A DNA stretch of 64,000 bases from Stellaceae bacterium (GCA_035604035.1 DATNJF010000404.1:10853-74852); one strand, 5' to 3'. Positions 36,636 through 49,706 are shown, counted from the first letter of the stretch. A program made the numbers and translations. The notes: a model not told the origin generated them from the sequence alone.

Positions 36636-36829
36636 TTGAACAAGAAATATGAATAGATCCAAGGCGTTGGCTTTTTAGCGCGGAGTATCAGGAGTATCAG
36701 CGGGGCGTTTCTTCGTTACTCGAACGCACTGCGGCGGGTCGATGAGACAGTCGCCCAAGGGCACCGGCCTGCGCCGGCATGGGTGAGGGCTGTTGCTCAA
36801 CCTCACCCAGTTTGCTAAGCCGCGCGGTG

Positions 36830-37783
36830 ATGAAGACGCACCAGATCGCGATCCTCGGCGGGTCGGGGTTTATCGGCCGCTATGTCGTCAAGCGCCTGGC
36901 CGGGCGCGGCGAGGCGCTGACCGTCGGCGGGCGTCACGCGAGTCAGGCCACATTCCTCAGGCTGAAGGGCGAGGTCGGCCAGGTCGGGCTGGTCAACATC
37001 GCCATCGACAGCGAGGCGATGCTGCCGGAGTTTCTCGCCGGCAAGGACGCGCTGATCAATTGCGTCGGCATCTTGAGGGAGCACGGCGCGCAGACATTCG
37101 ATCGCGTCCACCATGCGGCGCCGGCGCGGCTGGCGCGGCTGGCGCGCGAGGCCGGGGTCGCGCGGCTGATCCACATCTCGGCGATCGGCGCCGACCCGCG
37201 CTCAACCTCCGCCTATGCGCGCTCCAAGGCGGCGGGCGAGCAGGCGGTCAAGGATGCCTTCCCGACCGCGACGATCCTGCGCCCGTCGATCGTGTTCGGC
37301 CCGGAGGACGAATTCTTCAACCGCTTCGCCGGGATGGCGCGGCTGTCGCCGTTCGTGCCGCTGATCGGCGGCGGCGAGACGCGGTTCCAGCCAGTCTATG
37401 TCGGCGATGTCGCCGACGCGGTGATCCGCGCGCTCGACGATCCCGCCGCTTCCGGCCGCACCTACGAGCTCGGCGGGCCAAAAATCTATACGTTCCGCGT
37501 GCTGATGGAGCTGATGCTCGCCGAGATCAAGCGCAAGCGCTGGTTTATCGACCTGCCCTTCGGCCTCGCCGCGTTGCAGGCGCGGCTGATGGCGATCCTG
37601 CCCAACCCGCCGCTGACAGTCGACCAGGTCGAGATGCTCAAGCGCGACAATGTCGTCTCGTCGGGGGCGCTGACCCTGAGTGCGCTCGGCATCGAACCCA
37701 CCGCGGTCGAGGCGATCATCCCCTCTTATCTCGACCGCTTCCGCCCCGGCGGCTGGTACGACCGGCGCCGCGCCGTCGCCTGA
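36830..37783 (+). CDS. NAD(P)-binding NDUFA9-like / NmrA-type epimerase-dehydratase family protein
   Basis: ILGGSGFIGRYVVKRL Rossmann motif and YARSKAAGE (YxxxK). Start at MKTHQIAILGG. Confidence 0.8.
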   Translation: MKTHQIAILGGSGFIGRYVVKRLAGRGEALTVGGRHASQATFLRLKGEVGQVGLVNIAIDSEAMLPEFLAGKDALINCVGILREHGAQTFDRVHHAAPARLARLAREAGVARLIHISAIGADPRSTSAYARSKAAGEQAVKDAFPTATILRPSIVFGPEDEFFNRFAGMARLSPFVPLIGGGETRFQPVYVGDVADAVIRALDDPAASGRTYELGGPKIYTFRVLMELMLAEIKRKRWFIDLPFGLAALQARLMAILPNPPLTVDQVEMLKRDNVVSSGALTLSALGIEPTAVEAIIPSYLDRFRPGGWYDRRRAVA

Positions 37784-37800
37784 ACGAAAAGGAACCCGAT

Positions 37801-38283
37801 ATGGCTGCCGATAAAGAAGACACGATCTATCTCGACGTCCCCGCCGGCCGCGTGGTGATCGAGATGCGCCCCGATCTGGCGCCCGACCATTGCGCCCACA
37901 TCAAGGGGCTGGTGCGCCGCGGCTTTTACGACGGCATCGTCTTTCACCGCGTGATCGAAGGCTTCATGGCGCAGACCGGCGACCCGACCGGGACCGGCAC
38001 CGGCGGCTCAGGGACCCGGCTCAAGGCGGAGTTCTCCGCCGAGCCGCACGTCCGCGGCGTGCTGTCGATGGCGCGCGCCTCCGACCCCAACAGCGCCGAC
38101 AGTCAGTTTTTCATCTGCTTCGCCGACGCCAATTTTCTCGACCGGCAATACACGGTGTGGGGCAACGTGGTGTCGGGCATGGAGCATGTCGACGCGATCA
38201 AGAAGGGCAGCGGGTCGAGCGGCTCGGTCTCCGACCCCGACAAGATCGTGAAGATGCAAATCGCCGCCGACGCGGCGGATTAG
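37801..38283 (+). CDS. ppiB: cyclophilin-type peptidyl-prolyl cis-trans isomerase (cytoplasmic)
   Basis: FHRVIEGFMAQTGDPTGTGTGGSG and NSADSQFFI motifs. No signal peptide. Confidence 0.9.
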   Translation: MAADKEDTIYLDVPAGRVVIEMRPDLAPDHCAHIKGLVRRGFYDGIVFHRVIEGFMAQTGDPTGTGTGGSGTRLKAEFSAEPHVRGVLSMARASDPNSADSQFFICFADANFLDRQYTVWGNVVSGMEHVDAIKKGSGSSGSVSDPDKIVKMQIAADAAD

Positions 38284-38838
38284 AGGCTGAGCGCCCGATG
38301 AAGCTCTGGAGCCGGTTGGTCCTGATCGTCGTCGCGCTCGCCTGGGGCGCTGGTCCGGCGATGGCGCTCGACCCCGAGAACGCGCTTTACCTGGATCTGG
38401 CCTTTGGCCGCGTCGTCATCGCCTTGCAACCCGACGTGGCGCCAAAGACCTGCGCGCAGATCAAAAAGCTGGTGCGCGCCGGGTTTTATAACGGAATCGT
38501 CTTCCACCGCGTGCTCGACGGCTTCATGGCGCAGACCGGCGACCCGACCGGCACCGGCACCGGCGGCTCGGGGCATCCCTTGAAGGCCGAGTTCTCGTCC
38601 GAGCCGTTCGCCCGCGGTGTCGTCGCCATGGCCCGCACCTCCGACCCCAACAGTGCCGACAGCCAGTTCTTCATCACGTATGCCGTCGCGCCGCAGCTCG
38701 ACGGCAAGTACACGATCTTCGGTCATGTCGAATCGGGGATGGAGTTCGTCGACAAACTGAGAAAGGGCGATCAGGCCCATAACGGCATGGTCGTCAACCC
38801 CGACAAGATCATCAAAATGCAGGTGGTGGCCGACGTCA

Positions 38839-40224
<1,386 letters not shown>

Positions 40225-40981
40225 GCCAAGCGCGCGATTTGTCGACGTCGGGAACCAGGCTCGCGACCAGCCGCCAGAACCGCGGCCCGTGGTTCATCTC
40301 GACCAGATGCGCCACCTCATGAGCGACGACGTAATCGATGACCGCTTCTGGCGCGAAGACGAGCCGCCAGCTGAACGACAGCGCGCCTTTCGACGAGCAG
40401 CTTCCCCAGCGGCTTTTCGGGTCGCGCACCCCGACCCGCGCGACGCTCTTGCCGATGCGCGCGGCGGTGGCGCGGGCGCGGGCGGCGAAATCCCGCTTCG
40501 CCAGCGCGGTCAGATGGTCGCGTACTCGGCGCGGCAGGTGTGTCGGATGGCCGCGCACGCGAATCTCGCCGTCCGCGATCGTTACCGTAGGCGCCCGGGA
40601 GTCCGTCTCGCAGCAAATGCGATGTGGCACCCCGAACACCGGCACGCTGGCGCCTTCGCCGAGGGGACGGGGCGGAGGCATCGCCGCGATCCGGGCGGCG
40701 ATCCAGCCACGGTGCGACGACACGAAACCCAGCGCCGTCTCGGCCGAAAACCGCCGCGGCAGCACCAGCTCGACCCCGCGCTTCGCCGCGTCGACGCGCA
40801 GCGACAGCCGCCGCGCCTTGGGGCTGACGCGGATCGTCACCGGCGCGCCGATTCCCAGCGCGCGAATGCGCTCCTCAAGGCTGTCGTGTCGGAGCATTGT
40901 CACAAAAGCTTCCTGGCTTCGTCACGATTTGGCAAGCTGCACTCGTCAGATAAGCCGGACGGCACAGGGGGGATGGATTTT

Positions 40982-42301
40982 ATGAAAAAACTTGCACTCG
41001 CGCTTGCCCTCGTCATGACGACGTTGGCTGGAGGTCTTGGCACCGCCTGGGCCGACCCGATCGAGCTGCAATGGTGGCATGCGATGACCTCGGTCAACGG
41101 CGATAGGATCAACAAGATCGCCGCCGATTTCAACGCTATGCAGAGCGACTACAAAGTCACCCCGGTGTTCAAGGGCTCGTACGCCGAGACCATGACCGCG
41201 GCGATCGCTGCTTACCGCGCTGGCAACGCACCGAACATCGTCCAGGTCTTCGAGGTCGGCACCGCGACGATGATGGCGGCGAAGGGCGCGGTGAAGCCGG
41301 TATACCAACTCATGGCCGATGCCGGCGAGCCCTTCGACCCCGCGACCTATCTGCCGGCGGTAACTGCCTATTACAGCACCCCCGACGGGAAGATGTTGTC
41401 CTTCCCGTTCAACAGCTCGACCCCAGTCGTCTACTGGAACAAGGACGCGTTCAAGAAGGCCGGGCTCGACCCCGACAAGCCGCCGGCGACCTGGCCCGAC
41501 ACCTTCGCCGCGGCCAAGAAGCTGCGCGGCGCCGGCTTGGCCTGCGGCTTCACGTCGGCCTGGGTCAGCTGGGTGCAAATCGAGAATTTCAGCGCCTGGC
41601 ACAACATCCCGATCGGTACCAAGACAAATGGGCTCGGCGGGTTCGATACCGAGCTCCAGATCAATAACGCGACCGTCGTCCGCCACATCGGCAACCTCGC
41701 GGATGCAGAGAAGGACAAGAGCTTCGACTACGGTGGCCGCACCACCGAGCCTACCGCCAAGTTCATCTCCGGCGATTGCGGGATGCTGCAGGATTCCTCG
41801 GCGAGCTACGGCGCGGTCAAAAAGGGTGTGCAATTCGGCTTCGGCGTGACCCAGCTTCCCTACTACCCGGACGTTCCGGGCGCGCCGCAAAACTCGATTA
41901 TCGGCGGCGCCAGCCTCTGGGTGATGGGTGGTAAGAAACCCGAGGAATACAAGGGCATCGCCAAGTTCTTCACCTATCTGTCGTCGACCGCAGTGCAGCA
42001 GACCTGGCACCAGGACACCGGCTACCTGCCGATCACCAAGGCGGCCTATGACGCGACCAAGGCGTCGGGCTTCTATGATAAGAACCCTGGCACCGAAATC
42101 GCCATCCTGCAGATGACTGGCAAGCCGCCGACCGAGAATTCGCGCGGGCTCAGGTTCGGTAACATGGTGCAGATCCGCGACGTCATCGCCGAGGACCTTG
42201 AGGCCGCATTCTCGGGCAAGATGGACGCCAAGGCGGCAATGGACGACGCGGTCAGCCGCGGCAACGCGATCCTGCGCCAGTTCCAGAAAAACGTGCAGTA
42301 G
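40982..42301 (+). CDS. ugpB: sn-glycerol-3-phosphate ABC transporter substrate-binding protein
   Basis: Signal peptide MKKLALALALVMTTLAGGLGTAWA and family-1 SBP fold. Followed by ugpAE and ugpC. Confidence 0.85.
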   Translation: MKKLALALALVMTTLAGGLGTAWADPIELQWWHAMTSVNGDRINKIAADFNAMQSDYKVTPVFKGSYAETMTAAIAAYRAGNAPNIVQVFEVGTATMMAAKGAVKPVYQLMADAGEPFDPATYLPAVTAYYSTPDGKMLSFPFNSSTPVVYWNKDAFKKAGLDPDKPPATWPDTFAAAKKLRGAGLACGFTSAWVSWVQIENFSAWHNIPIGTKTNGLGGFDTELQINNATVVRHIGNLADAEKDKSFDYGGRTTEPTAKFISGDCGMLQDSSASYGAVKKGVQFGFGVTQLPYYPDVPGAPQNSIIGGASLWVMGGKKPEEYKGIAKFFTYLSSTAVQQTWHQDTGYLPITKAAYDATKASGFYDKNPGTEIAILQMTGKPPTENSRGLRFGNMVQIRDVIAEDLEAAFSGKMDAKAAMDDAVSRGNAILRQFQKNVQ

Positions 42302-42349
42302 CGGCATCGAGCAATTCTGTGAGGTCGAAGCAGCCTAAAATTTGCCCTT

Positions 42350-42430
42350 GGCCGGGCTTGACCCGGCCATCCACGTCTTGTGGCGCGGTCGCCTGCGATG
42401 CAGACGTGGATCCCCGGGTCGAGCCCGGGG
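42350..42430. repeat. three consecutive GC-rich hairpins (REP-like intergenic palindromes)
   Basis: ggccgggcttgacccggcc (42350-42368); atccacgtct...agacgtggat (42369-42411, 10-bp arms); ccccgggtcgagcccgggg (42412-42430). Confidence 0.6.
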
Positions 42431-42461
42431 GAGGGGATGATTTCTAGAGCTTCTCACGTAG

Positions 42462-43346
42462 ATGGACCGCCGCGTCGTTTTTTCCGGTTGGCTGCTTCCG
42501 GTGGTGCTGCTGCTGCCGCAACTGGCGGTGACGGTGATTTTCTTCTTCTGGCCGGCGGCTCAGGCGATCGTCCAGTCGGTGCGGGGCGGCGACGCATTCG
42601 GCCTTAGTACCCGCTTCGTTGGCTGGGACAACTTCGCCACCGTCTTCGCCGATCCCAACTACGTCTTCGCCTTCGCGGTGACCGCGTTCTTCAGCGTCGC
42701 GGTGGCGATCCTGGCGCTGGCGCCGGGGCTGCTGCTCGCGGTCATGGCCGATCGGGTAGTGAAGGGCGCCACCTTCTACAAGACCGTGCTCCTCTTGCCC
42801 TACGCGATCGCACCGGCGATCGCCGGCGTGTTGTGGATGTTCATTTTCAACCCCAGCATCGGCGTTGTCGCCGCCGGCCTCCACCGCGCCGGGATCGACT
42901 GGAACTACCTGCTCAACGGCAAGCAGGCGATGCTGCTGGTTATTGCCGCCGCGGCGTGGAAGCAGATCAGTTACAATTTCCTCTTCTTCCTCGCGGGGCT
43001 GCAGGCGATCCCCGCCTCGCTGCTCGAAGCCTCGGCGATCGACGGCGCGACGCCGCGCCGCCGGTTCTGGACGATCGTCTTCCCGCTGCTGGCGCCGACC
43101 AGCTTTTTCCTGATCGTCGTCAACATTGTCTACGCCTTCTTCGACACGTTTGGGGTCATCCATAACGTCACCCAAGGCGGGCCGGACAAGGCCACCGAAA
43201 TCCTCGTCTACAAGGTCTGGTACGACGGTATTGTCGGGCTCGATCTCGGCGGCTCGGCGGCGCAGTCGGTGGTGCTGATGGCGATTGTCATCACGCTCAC
43301 CGCGATCCAGTTCCGCTTTATCGAGCGGCGAGTGCATTACGCATGA
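42462..43346 (+). CDS. ugpA: sn-glycerol-3-phosphate ABC transporter permease
   Basis: 294 aa, 6-TM, with the EAA-like loop [24 protein letters not shown]. Confidence 0.85.
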   Translation: MDRRVVFSGWLLPVVLLLPQLAVTVIFFFWPAAQAIVQSVRGGDAFGLSTRFVGWDNFATVFADPNYVFAFAVTAFFSVAVAILALAPGLLLAVMADRVVKGATFYKTVLLLPYAIAPAIAGVLWMFIFNPSIGVVAAGLHRAGIDWNYLLNGKQAMLLVIAAAAWKQISYNFLFFLAGLQAIPASLLEASAIDGATPRRRFWTIVFPLLAPTSFFLIVVNIVYAFFDTFGVIHNVTQGGPDKATEILVYKVWYDGIVGLDLGGSAAQSVVLMAIVITLTAIQFRFIERRVHYA

Positions 43347-44191
43347 TGATCACGGCCCGCTCCCGTGCCTGGATCCCGCACGCGATCCTCATAGCGGGGC
43401 TGCTCATCGTCCTGTTCCCGATCTACGTCGCCTTTGTCGCGTCGAGCCTGGATCTGTCGTCAATCCTCCAGGCGCCGATGCCGCTCATCCCGGGCCGGCG
43501 GCTGATCCAGAATTACACCGAGGCGATTTCCGCCGGCACGGCTAAGACCAGCGGCGTCTCGGTCGCGCGGATGATGTTCAACAGCCTTGTCATGGCGCTG
43601 GTTATCGCCGCCGGCAAGATCGCGATCTCGCTGCCCTCGGCTTATGCCGTGGTGTTCTTCCGCTTCCCCTTAAGGAAGCTCGCCTTCTGGGCGATCTTCG
43701 TGACCCTGATGCTGCCGGTCGAGGTGCGCATCATCCCGACCTATCAAATCGTCAGCGATATGGGGCTCATCGACCGCTATGCCGGGCTGAGCCTGCCGCT
43801 GATCGCCTCGGCGACCGCGACGCTCTTGTTCCGCCAGTTCTTTCTCACCATCCCGGACGAGCTGGTCGAGGCCGCGAAGATCGACGGCGCCGGCCCGCTG
43901 CGCTTCTTCATTGATACCGTGATCCCGCTCTCGGCGACCAACATCGCCGCGCTCTTCGTGATCCTGTTTATCTTCGGGTGGAACCAATATCTGTGGCCGC
44001 TGCTTGTCACCAACACGCCGTCGATGACGACGATCGTCATCGGCATCCGACAGATGATCGGCAATGGCGACACCCAGACCGAATGGCAGATCGTCATGGC
44101 GACCGCCCTCTTGGCGATCGTCCCGCCGGTTCTGGTGGTGCTGCTGATGCAGCGCTGGTTCGTCAAAGGCCTGGTCGAGAGCGAGAAATGA
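43343..44191 (+). CDS. ugpE: sn-glycerol-3-phosphate ABC transporter permease
   Basis: 282 aa. [27 protein letters not shown] overlap with ugpA. Confidence 0.85.
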   Translation: MMITARSRAWIPHAILIAGLLIVLFPIYVAFVASSLDLSSILQAPMPLIPGRRLIQNYTEAISAGTAKTSGVSVARMMFNSLVMALVIAAGKIAISLPSAYAVVFFRFPLRKLAFWAIFVTLMLPVEVRIIPTYQIVSDMGLIDRYAGLSLPLIASATATLLFRQFFLTIPDELVEAAKIDGAGPLRFFIDTVIPLSATNIAALFVILFIFGWNQYLWPLLVTNTPSMTTIVIGIRQMIGNGDTQTEWQIVMATALLAIVPPVLVVLLMQRWFVKGLVESEK

Positions 44192-44625
44192 GCGCGCCGA
44201 CCTATCGTCCGGCGGTGATCGGCGACGCGGCCGACATCCATGCGCTGCTGCTCAAGATCGCCGGCGACATCCCGCTCGCGGTCGAGACCCTGGAGCAGGA
44301 GGAATTGCTTTATGCCGCGGTGCGCAAGATGCTCGCTTTTGGTCAATCATGGGTTGCGGTGGACGGCAAAACCGTCGTCGGGTTTGTCCTGGTCGACAGC
44401 GCCGAGGTCGGGCGGCATTGGGGCGAAAACGAGCTCCTCAACCTCCGCTACGCCGGCGGCGAGATGCTCGACGGGCTTATCGGCAAGGTGCTAGAGCGGA
44501 AGGTGCCGGTCACCGCCAGCGTCCGCGACACAAACCGCGCCGGTCTCGCCGAGCGGCTCAAGAAGTTCGGCTTTCGCGAAGCGGAAGTCCGCGTCGGCGA
44601 GCAGCATTTCCGCCGGGAACCCTAA
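44188..44625 (+). CDS. small GNAT-like/hypothetical protein inserted between ugpE and ugpC
   Basis: 145 aa. ATGA overlap with the ugpE stop. Acetyltransferase-like layout (IGDAADIHALL..., WVAVDGKTVVGFVLVD, LKKFGFRE), but the acetyl-CoA motif is not clear. Confidence 0.5.
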   Translation: MSAPTYRPAVIGDAADIHALLLKIAGDIPLAVETLEQEELLYAAVRKMLAFGQSWVAVDGKTVVGFVLVDSAEVGRHWGENELLNLRYAGGEMLDGLIGKVLERKVPVTASVRDTNRAGLAERLKKFGFREAEVRVGEQHFRREP

Positions 44626-44637
44626 GGGCAGGCATAA

Positions 44638-45686
<1,049 letters not shown>

Positions 45687-45690
<4 letters not shown>

Positions 45691-47012
45691 TCTTCGCTGT
45701 CGATCAAATGGATGAAAGAGCCGGCGACCGAACCGCGCCGTAACCCCACACTGCCGAGATCGTTGCCAGTGGCGTCGGCGATGGCGAAGAGCCGGTCGGC
45801 GGTGCCCTCCTCGACGATGCTGGCATAGTGGAATTCGTGACCGCGAAATCGCGCGCCAGCGTTGCCGAGCGGTGCTGAGCCTAGCAAGGTCGCGACGCGA
45901 TAGCCGAGATGCCGCTTTGGCGCGGTGAAGCTCGTGATAACGGGCAATAGCCCGGCCATGCGATGCGCCATGCCGTTTGCATTGGTCAGCGCGTCGCCGA
46001 GCACCATGTAGCCGCCGCATTCGCCATATACGGGACTGTTTGCGGCGGCGGCATCGCACAGCCCGCCGAGGAACCGTGTCGCTGAAGCCAGCCTGCCCGC
46101 ATGCAACTCGGGATAGCCGCCGGGCAGGTAGATCGCATCGGCCGCGGGGTCCGGCGCTTCGTCGGCGAGCGGCGAGAAGAATGAGATTTCGGCGCCTTGG
46201 CGCCGCCAGCCTGACAGCACGGCCTGGTAGGCGAAGAGGAAGGCATCGTCCCGGGCGACGGCGATGCGCTGGCCTAGGGCCGGCAGCGCCGTCGCGCCGA
46301 TCGCCGCGCCGCAGCGCGAGGGTTTCGCCAGCGCGATCAGCTGGCCGACATCGAAATCGGCGGCGATCAGCTTCGCGGCGTCGGCGATCAAGGTCTCGAT
46401 CGCGACCAAATTTTCCTCGGCCGGCACGAGGCCGAGATGGCGCGATGTGATCGTCAATGTCTTGTCCTGCCTTATCGCGCCGAGCACCGGCAGGTCGGGC
46501 AAGTGCCGCGCGATCACCTCGGTCAGCAGTGCGCGGTGCCGCGCGCTGGCGACGCGATTGAGGATCACTCCGGCGAGCGGTACTTCCGGGTCATGACGGG
46601 CGAAACCGGCGACGAGGGCAGCGATCGACGCGCCCTGTCCGCTGCAGTCGACCACTAGCACGACCGGCCAGGCGGTGAAGCGGGCGAGCGCCGCGGTCGA
46701 GCCCGCCTCGTCGTCGGGTCCGGCGCCGTCGAAGAGGCCCATCACCCCTTCGCACAGCACGATCTCGGCGTCTGCCTCGAGTTCGGCGACCAGGGTGGCC
46801 AACGTCGCCCGGCGCATCGCCCAGGGGTCGAGGTTGAAGCCTGTGGCGTTGCTCGCCAGCGCGTGAAAGGTCGGGTCGATATAATCCGGGCCCGCCTTGG
46901 CGCTGGCGATCTTGATGCCCCGGTTCTGCAGATGGCGCAGCAGCCCTGCGGTGATCAGCGTTTTGCCGCTGCCCGATTTCGGCGCGGCAAGAATTAACCC
47001 GCGGCCCCTCAC
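45687..47012 (-). CDS. cobB: cobyrinate a,c-diamide synthase
   Basis: [17 protein letters not shown]...[13 protein letters not shown] and a C-terminal GATase domain ([10 protein letters not shown]). GTG at 47012 gives a GTGA overlap with the cobA stop. An alternative TTG lies at 47024. Confidence 0.85.
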
Positions 47013-47797
47013 CCCTTGTACCAATTAAGCGTCTCATGCAGCCGCGCAACCTCGCCGATGGCGATGATCGCCGGGCTCTCGACTTGCGCGGCGGCACTGG
47101 CAGCTTCGGCGAGGGACGTGATGACCACGCTCTGCGCCGCCGTCGTCGCCTTGCTAACGATCGCCACGGCCTCGCCCGGCGGCCGCCCCGCCGCGATTAG
47201 GCGGCGGGCAATGTCACCGAGATGGGTCAAGGCCATGTAGAGCACGATGACCGGCGAGCCCTTGGCGATCGCCTCCCAGTCGGGGGCGCTGCCTTCCTCG
47301 CCCGGCACAGCGCCGTCGCTGTTGTGGCCGGTGATCAGGGTCACGGCCGAGTTGATGCCGCGATGCGTAAGGGGGATGCCGGCATAGGCGAGGCCGCCGA
47401 TCGCCGCGGTGATGCCGGGCACGATGCGAAACGGGATGCCCGCCTGGGCCAACGCCAGCGCTTCTTCGCCGCCGCGACCGAACACGCAAGGGTCGCCGCC
47501 CTTGAGGCGCAGTACCCGCTTGCCGTCACGGGCGAGCGCGATCAGCCGGGCCGAGATGTCGGGCTGGCGCGGCGATGGCCGGCCGCCGCGCTTGCCGGCG
47601 TCTTCCAAAGCCGCCTCTGGCCGCGCCAAGGTGAGAATGCGCGGGTCGACGAGCGCGTCGTAGACGATGGCGTCGGCCTGTTCCAAGGCGTGCAGCGCCA
47701 GCACCGACAGCAGGCCCGGGTCGCCCGGCCCGGCGCCGACCAGCCAGACGCTGCCTTGCGCCATCTCAGGGAGGTACAGCCGTTTGGCGTCGATCAT
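47009..47797 (-). CDS. cobA: uroporphyrinogen-III C-methyltransferase (SUMT)
   Basis: VWLVGAGPGDPGLLSV, LKGGDPCVFGRGGEE. The start is uncertain; an alternative is Met12. Confidence 0.85.
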   Translation of the reverse strand: MIDAKRLYLPEMAQGSVWLVGAGPGDPGLLSVLALHALEQADAIVYDALVDPRILTLARPEAALEDAGKRGGRPSPRQPDISARLIALARDGKRVLRLKGGDPCVFGRGGEEALALAQAGIPFRIVPGITAAIGGLAYAGIPLTHRGINSAVTLITGHNSDGAVPGEEGSAPDWEAIAKGSPVIVLYMALTHLGDIARRLIAAGRPPGEAVAIVSKATTAAQSVVITSLAEAASAAAQVESPAIIAIGEVARLHETLNWYKG

Positions 47798-47841
47798 TGC
47801 CGGAAGGTAGCCAGCCGCACGGGTTTTGCTAAGATCATTCT

Positions 47842-48930
47842 ATGGCACGGCAGGAAGGTAGTCCGCTGCGCCGCGGATGGACCACCGGCGCTTGCGCCGC
47901 GGCCGCGGCGCGGGCCGCGTTTGCCGCGCTGTTGACCGGCGAGTTCCCTGACCCGGTGACGATCCGCCTACCGCGCGGCCAGAGGCCCAGCTTCCCGCTG
48001 GCGCTCGCCGAACTGAACGGCGGGAGCGCGCGCGCCGGCATCGTCAAGGATGCGGGCGACGATCCCGACGTCACCCACGGCGCGACGATCGTCGCCGAAA
48101 TCGCCTGGGCGACGCCCGGCTCCGGCATCGCCTTCGCCGCCGGCGAGGGGGTTGGCACGGTGACCCGGCCGGGGCTTCAGCTCGGCGTTGGTGAACCGGC
48201 GATCAACCCGGCGCCGCGGGCGATGATCCGCGAGATGCTGGCGGACCTAGCCGAAGCCAACGGCGCGCCGCCGCCCGATGTGACCGTCACCGTCGCGATC
48301 CCCGGCGGCGAGCGCCTCGCTGAGAAGACGATGAACGCGCGCCTCGGCATTGTCGGTGGCTTGTCGATCTTGGGAACGACCGGGATCGTGGTGCCCTATT
48401 CCTGCGCTTCCTGGATCCACTCGATCCAGCGCGGCATCGATGTCGCCCGCGCCGCCGGGCTCGACCATATCGCCGCAGCCACGGGCACCACCTCGGAGCG
48501 CGCGGTGCAGCGCCTCTATGCGTTGCCCGACCATGCGCTGATCGATATGGGCGATTTCGTCGGCGGCACGCTGAAATATCTGCGCCGCCATCCGGTCGCT
48601 CGGCTGACCTTGGCGGGCGGCTTCGCGAAGATGGCCAAACTCGCCGCGGGCCATCTCGACCTGCATTCGAGCAAGAGCCAGGTCGAGCCGGCACTGCTGC
48701 GCGAAATCCTGGCCTCGGTCGGCGCCGATGACAGCACACTCGCTGCGGTAAGCGGCACCGAGACCGGCGGCGCGCTGCTCGAGGCGGCAGGGGAATGGCG
48801 CGCGGCGTTGGCAGCCGGCGTCGCACGGCGAGCGCGCGAAGTCGCTCTGGCGACGCTGTCGGGCGCTACCGCGGTCGAGGTCGCGATCGTCGATCGGACT
48901 GGCGAGTTCCTCGCGATGGTAGGTGCATGA
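47842..48930 (+). CDS. cbiD: cobalt-precorrin-5B (C1)-methyltransferase
   Basis: LRRGWTTGACAAAAARAA...GIVKDAGDDPDVTHG...SILGTTGIVVPYSCASW. Confidence 0.9.
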   Translation: MARQEGSPLRRGWTTGACAAAAARAAFAALLTGEFPDPVTIRLPRGQRPSFPLALAELNGGSARAGIVKDAGDDPDVTHGATIVAEIAWATPGSGIAFAAGEGVGTVTRPGLQLGVGEPAINPAPRAMIREMLADLAEANGAPPPDVTVTVAIPGGERLAEKTMNARLGIVGGLSILGTTGIVVPYSCASWIHSIQRGIDVARAAGLDHIAAATGTTSERAVQRLYALPDHALIDMGDFVGGTLKYLRRHPVARLTLAGGFAKMAKLAAGHLDLHSSKSQVEPALLREILASVGADDSTLAAVSGTETGGALLEAAGEWRAALAAGVARRAREVALATLSGATAVEVAIVDRTGEFLAMVGA

Positions 48931-49706
48931 GCGGGACGCGACTCCTCATCCTCGGGGGGACCGGAGAGGCGGTGGCGTTGGCTCGCGCTGTGCTCGCCCG
49001 CTTCGGGGACCGCATCGAAGTGACAACGGCGCTCGCTGGCCGGACCGCTCGCCCGGGGCCGATCCCCGGCCAAGTCCGGATCGGCGGGTTCGGCGGCGCC
49101 GCCGGCCTTGCCCAATATCTCGCCGAGCACGAAATCGACCGGCTGATCGACGCGACCCACCCCTTCGCCGCCGATATCTCGCGCGCGGCGCGGCTCGCCG
49201 GTGACCAAACGCAGGTGCCTCGACTATTGCTGCTGCGGCAGGCCTGGCGGCGCCATCCGCTGGACCGCTGGATCGAGGTCGACAGCATCGAGGCGGCGGC
49301 GCAGATCGTCGGCCGCGTCGGCAGGCGAGCCTTCCTGACCGTCGGCGCCGGCGAGATCGATGCCTTCGCCCCGGCGACCGGCGTGCGCTTTATCGTGCGG
49401 ATGATCGACCGGCCGCGCAATCCATTGCCGTTACGCTTCCATGAGGTCGTGCTCGGACGCGGTCCGTTCGCCCTGGTCGAGGAGCGCCAACTGCTGCAGA
49501 TGAAGGCGATCGACGTGCTGGTCTGCAAGGCGAGCGGTGGCGCGGCGACCGAGGCGAAGCTCGTAGCGGCGCGCGAATTGAGCCTGCCGGTCATCATGGT
49601 TCGTCGCCCGCCGGTCGAGCGCGGCTTGTCGGTCGATACGGTCGAGGGCGCGATCGACTGGCTAGCTGGTCTCGACGAACGGCCCGAAGCGAGGAGAACG
49701 TTATGA
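48927..49706 (+). CDS. cobK: precorrin-6A / cobalt-precorrin-6A reductase
   Basis: LLILGGTGEAVALA...LIDATHPFAADIS...LVCKASGG. ATGA overlap with cbiD. Confidence 0.85.
   Translation: MSGTRLLILGGTGEAVALARAVLARFGDRIEVTTALAGRTARPGPIPGQVRIGGFGGAAGLAQYLAEHEIDRLIDATHPFAADISRAARLAGDQTQVPRLLLLRQAWRRHPLDRWIEVDSIEAAAQIVGRVGRRAFLTVGAGEIDAFAPATGVRFIVRMIDRPRNPLPLRFHEVVLGRGPFALVEERQLLQMKAIDVLVCKASGGAATEAKLVAARELSLPVIMVRRPPVERGLSVDTVEGAIDWLAGLDERPEARRTL

Noticed and set aside
36419-36652. 77-aa plus-strand ORF covering the phased CTGTT repeat array, together with minus-strand ORFs 35975-36441.
   Set aside because: The translation is repeat-driven (RCFRCCSATVIPLFSPQLFRCF). There is no Shine-Dalgarno sequence and the codon usage is atypical. 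The periodicity is 11-12 bp, not 3 bp, so the region is better explained as non-coding repeats.
34486-36780. Integrase or recombinase expected for an integrative element at the metH terminus.
   Set aside because: No ORF with tyrosine- or serine-recombinase motifs exists between or adjacent to the direct repeats. The element is therefore reported only as an islet or remnant, not as an intact mobile element.
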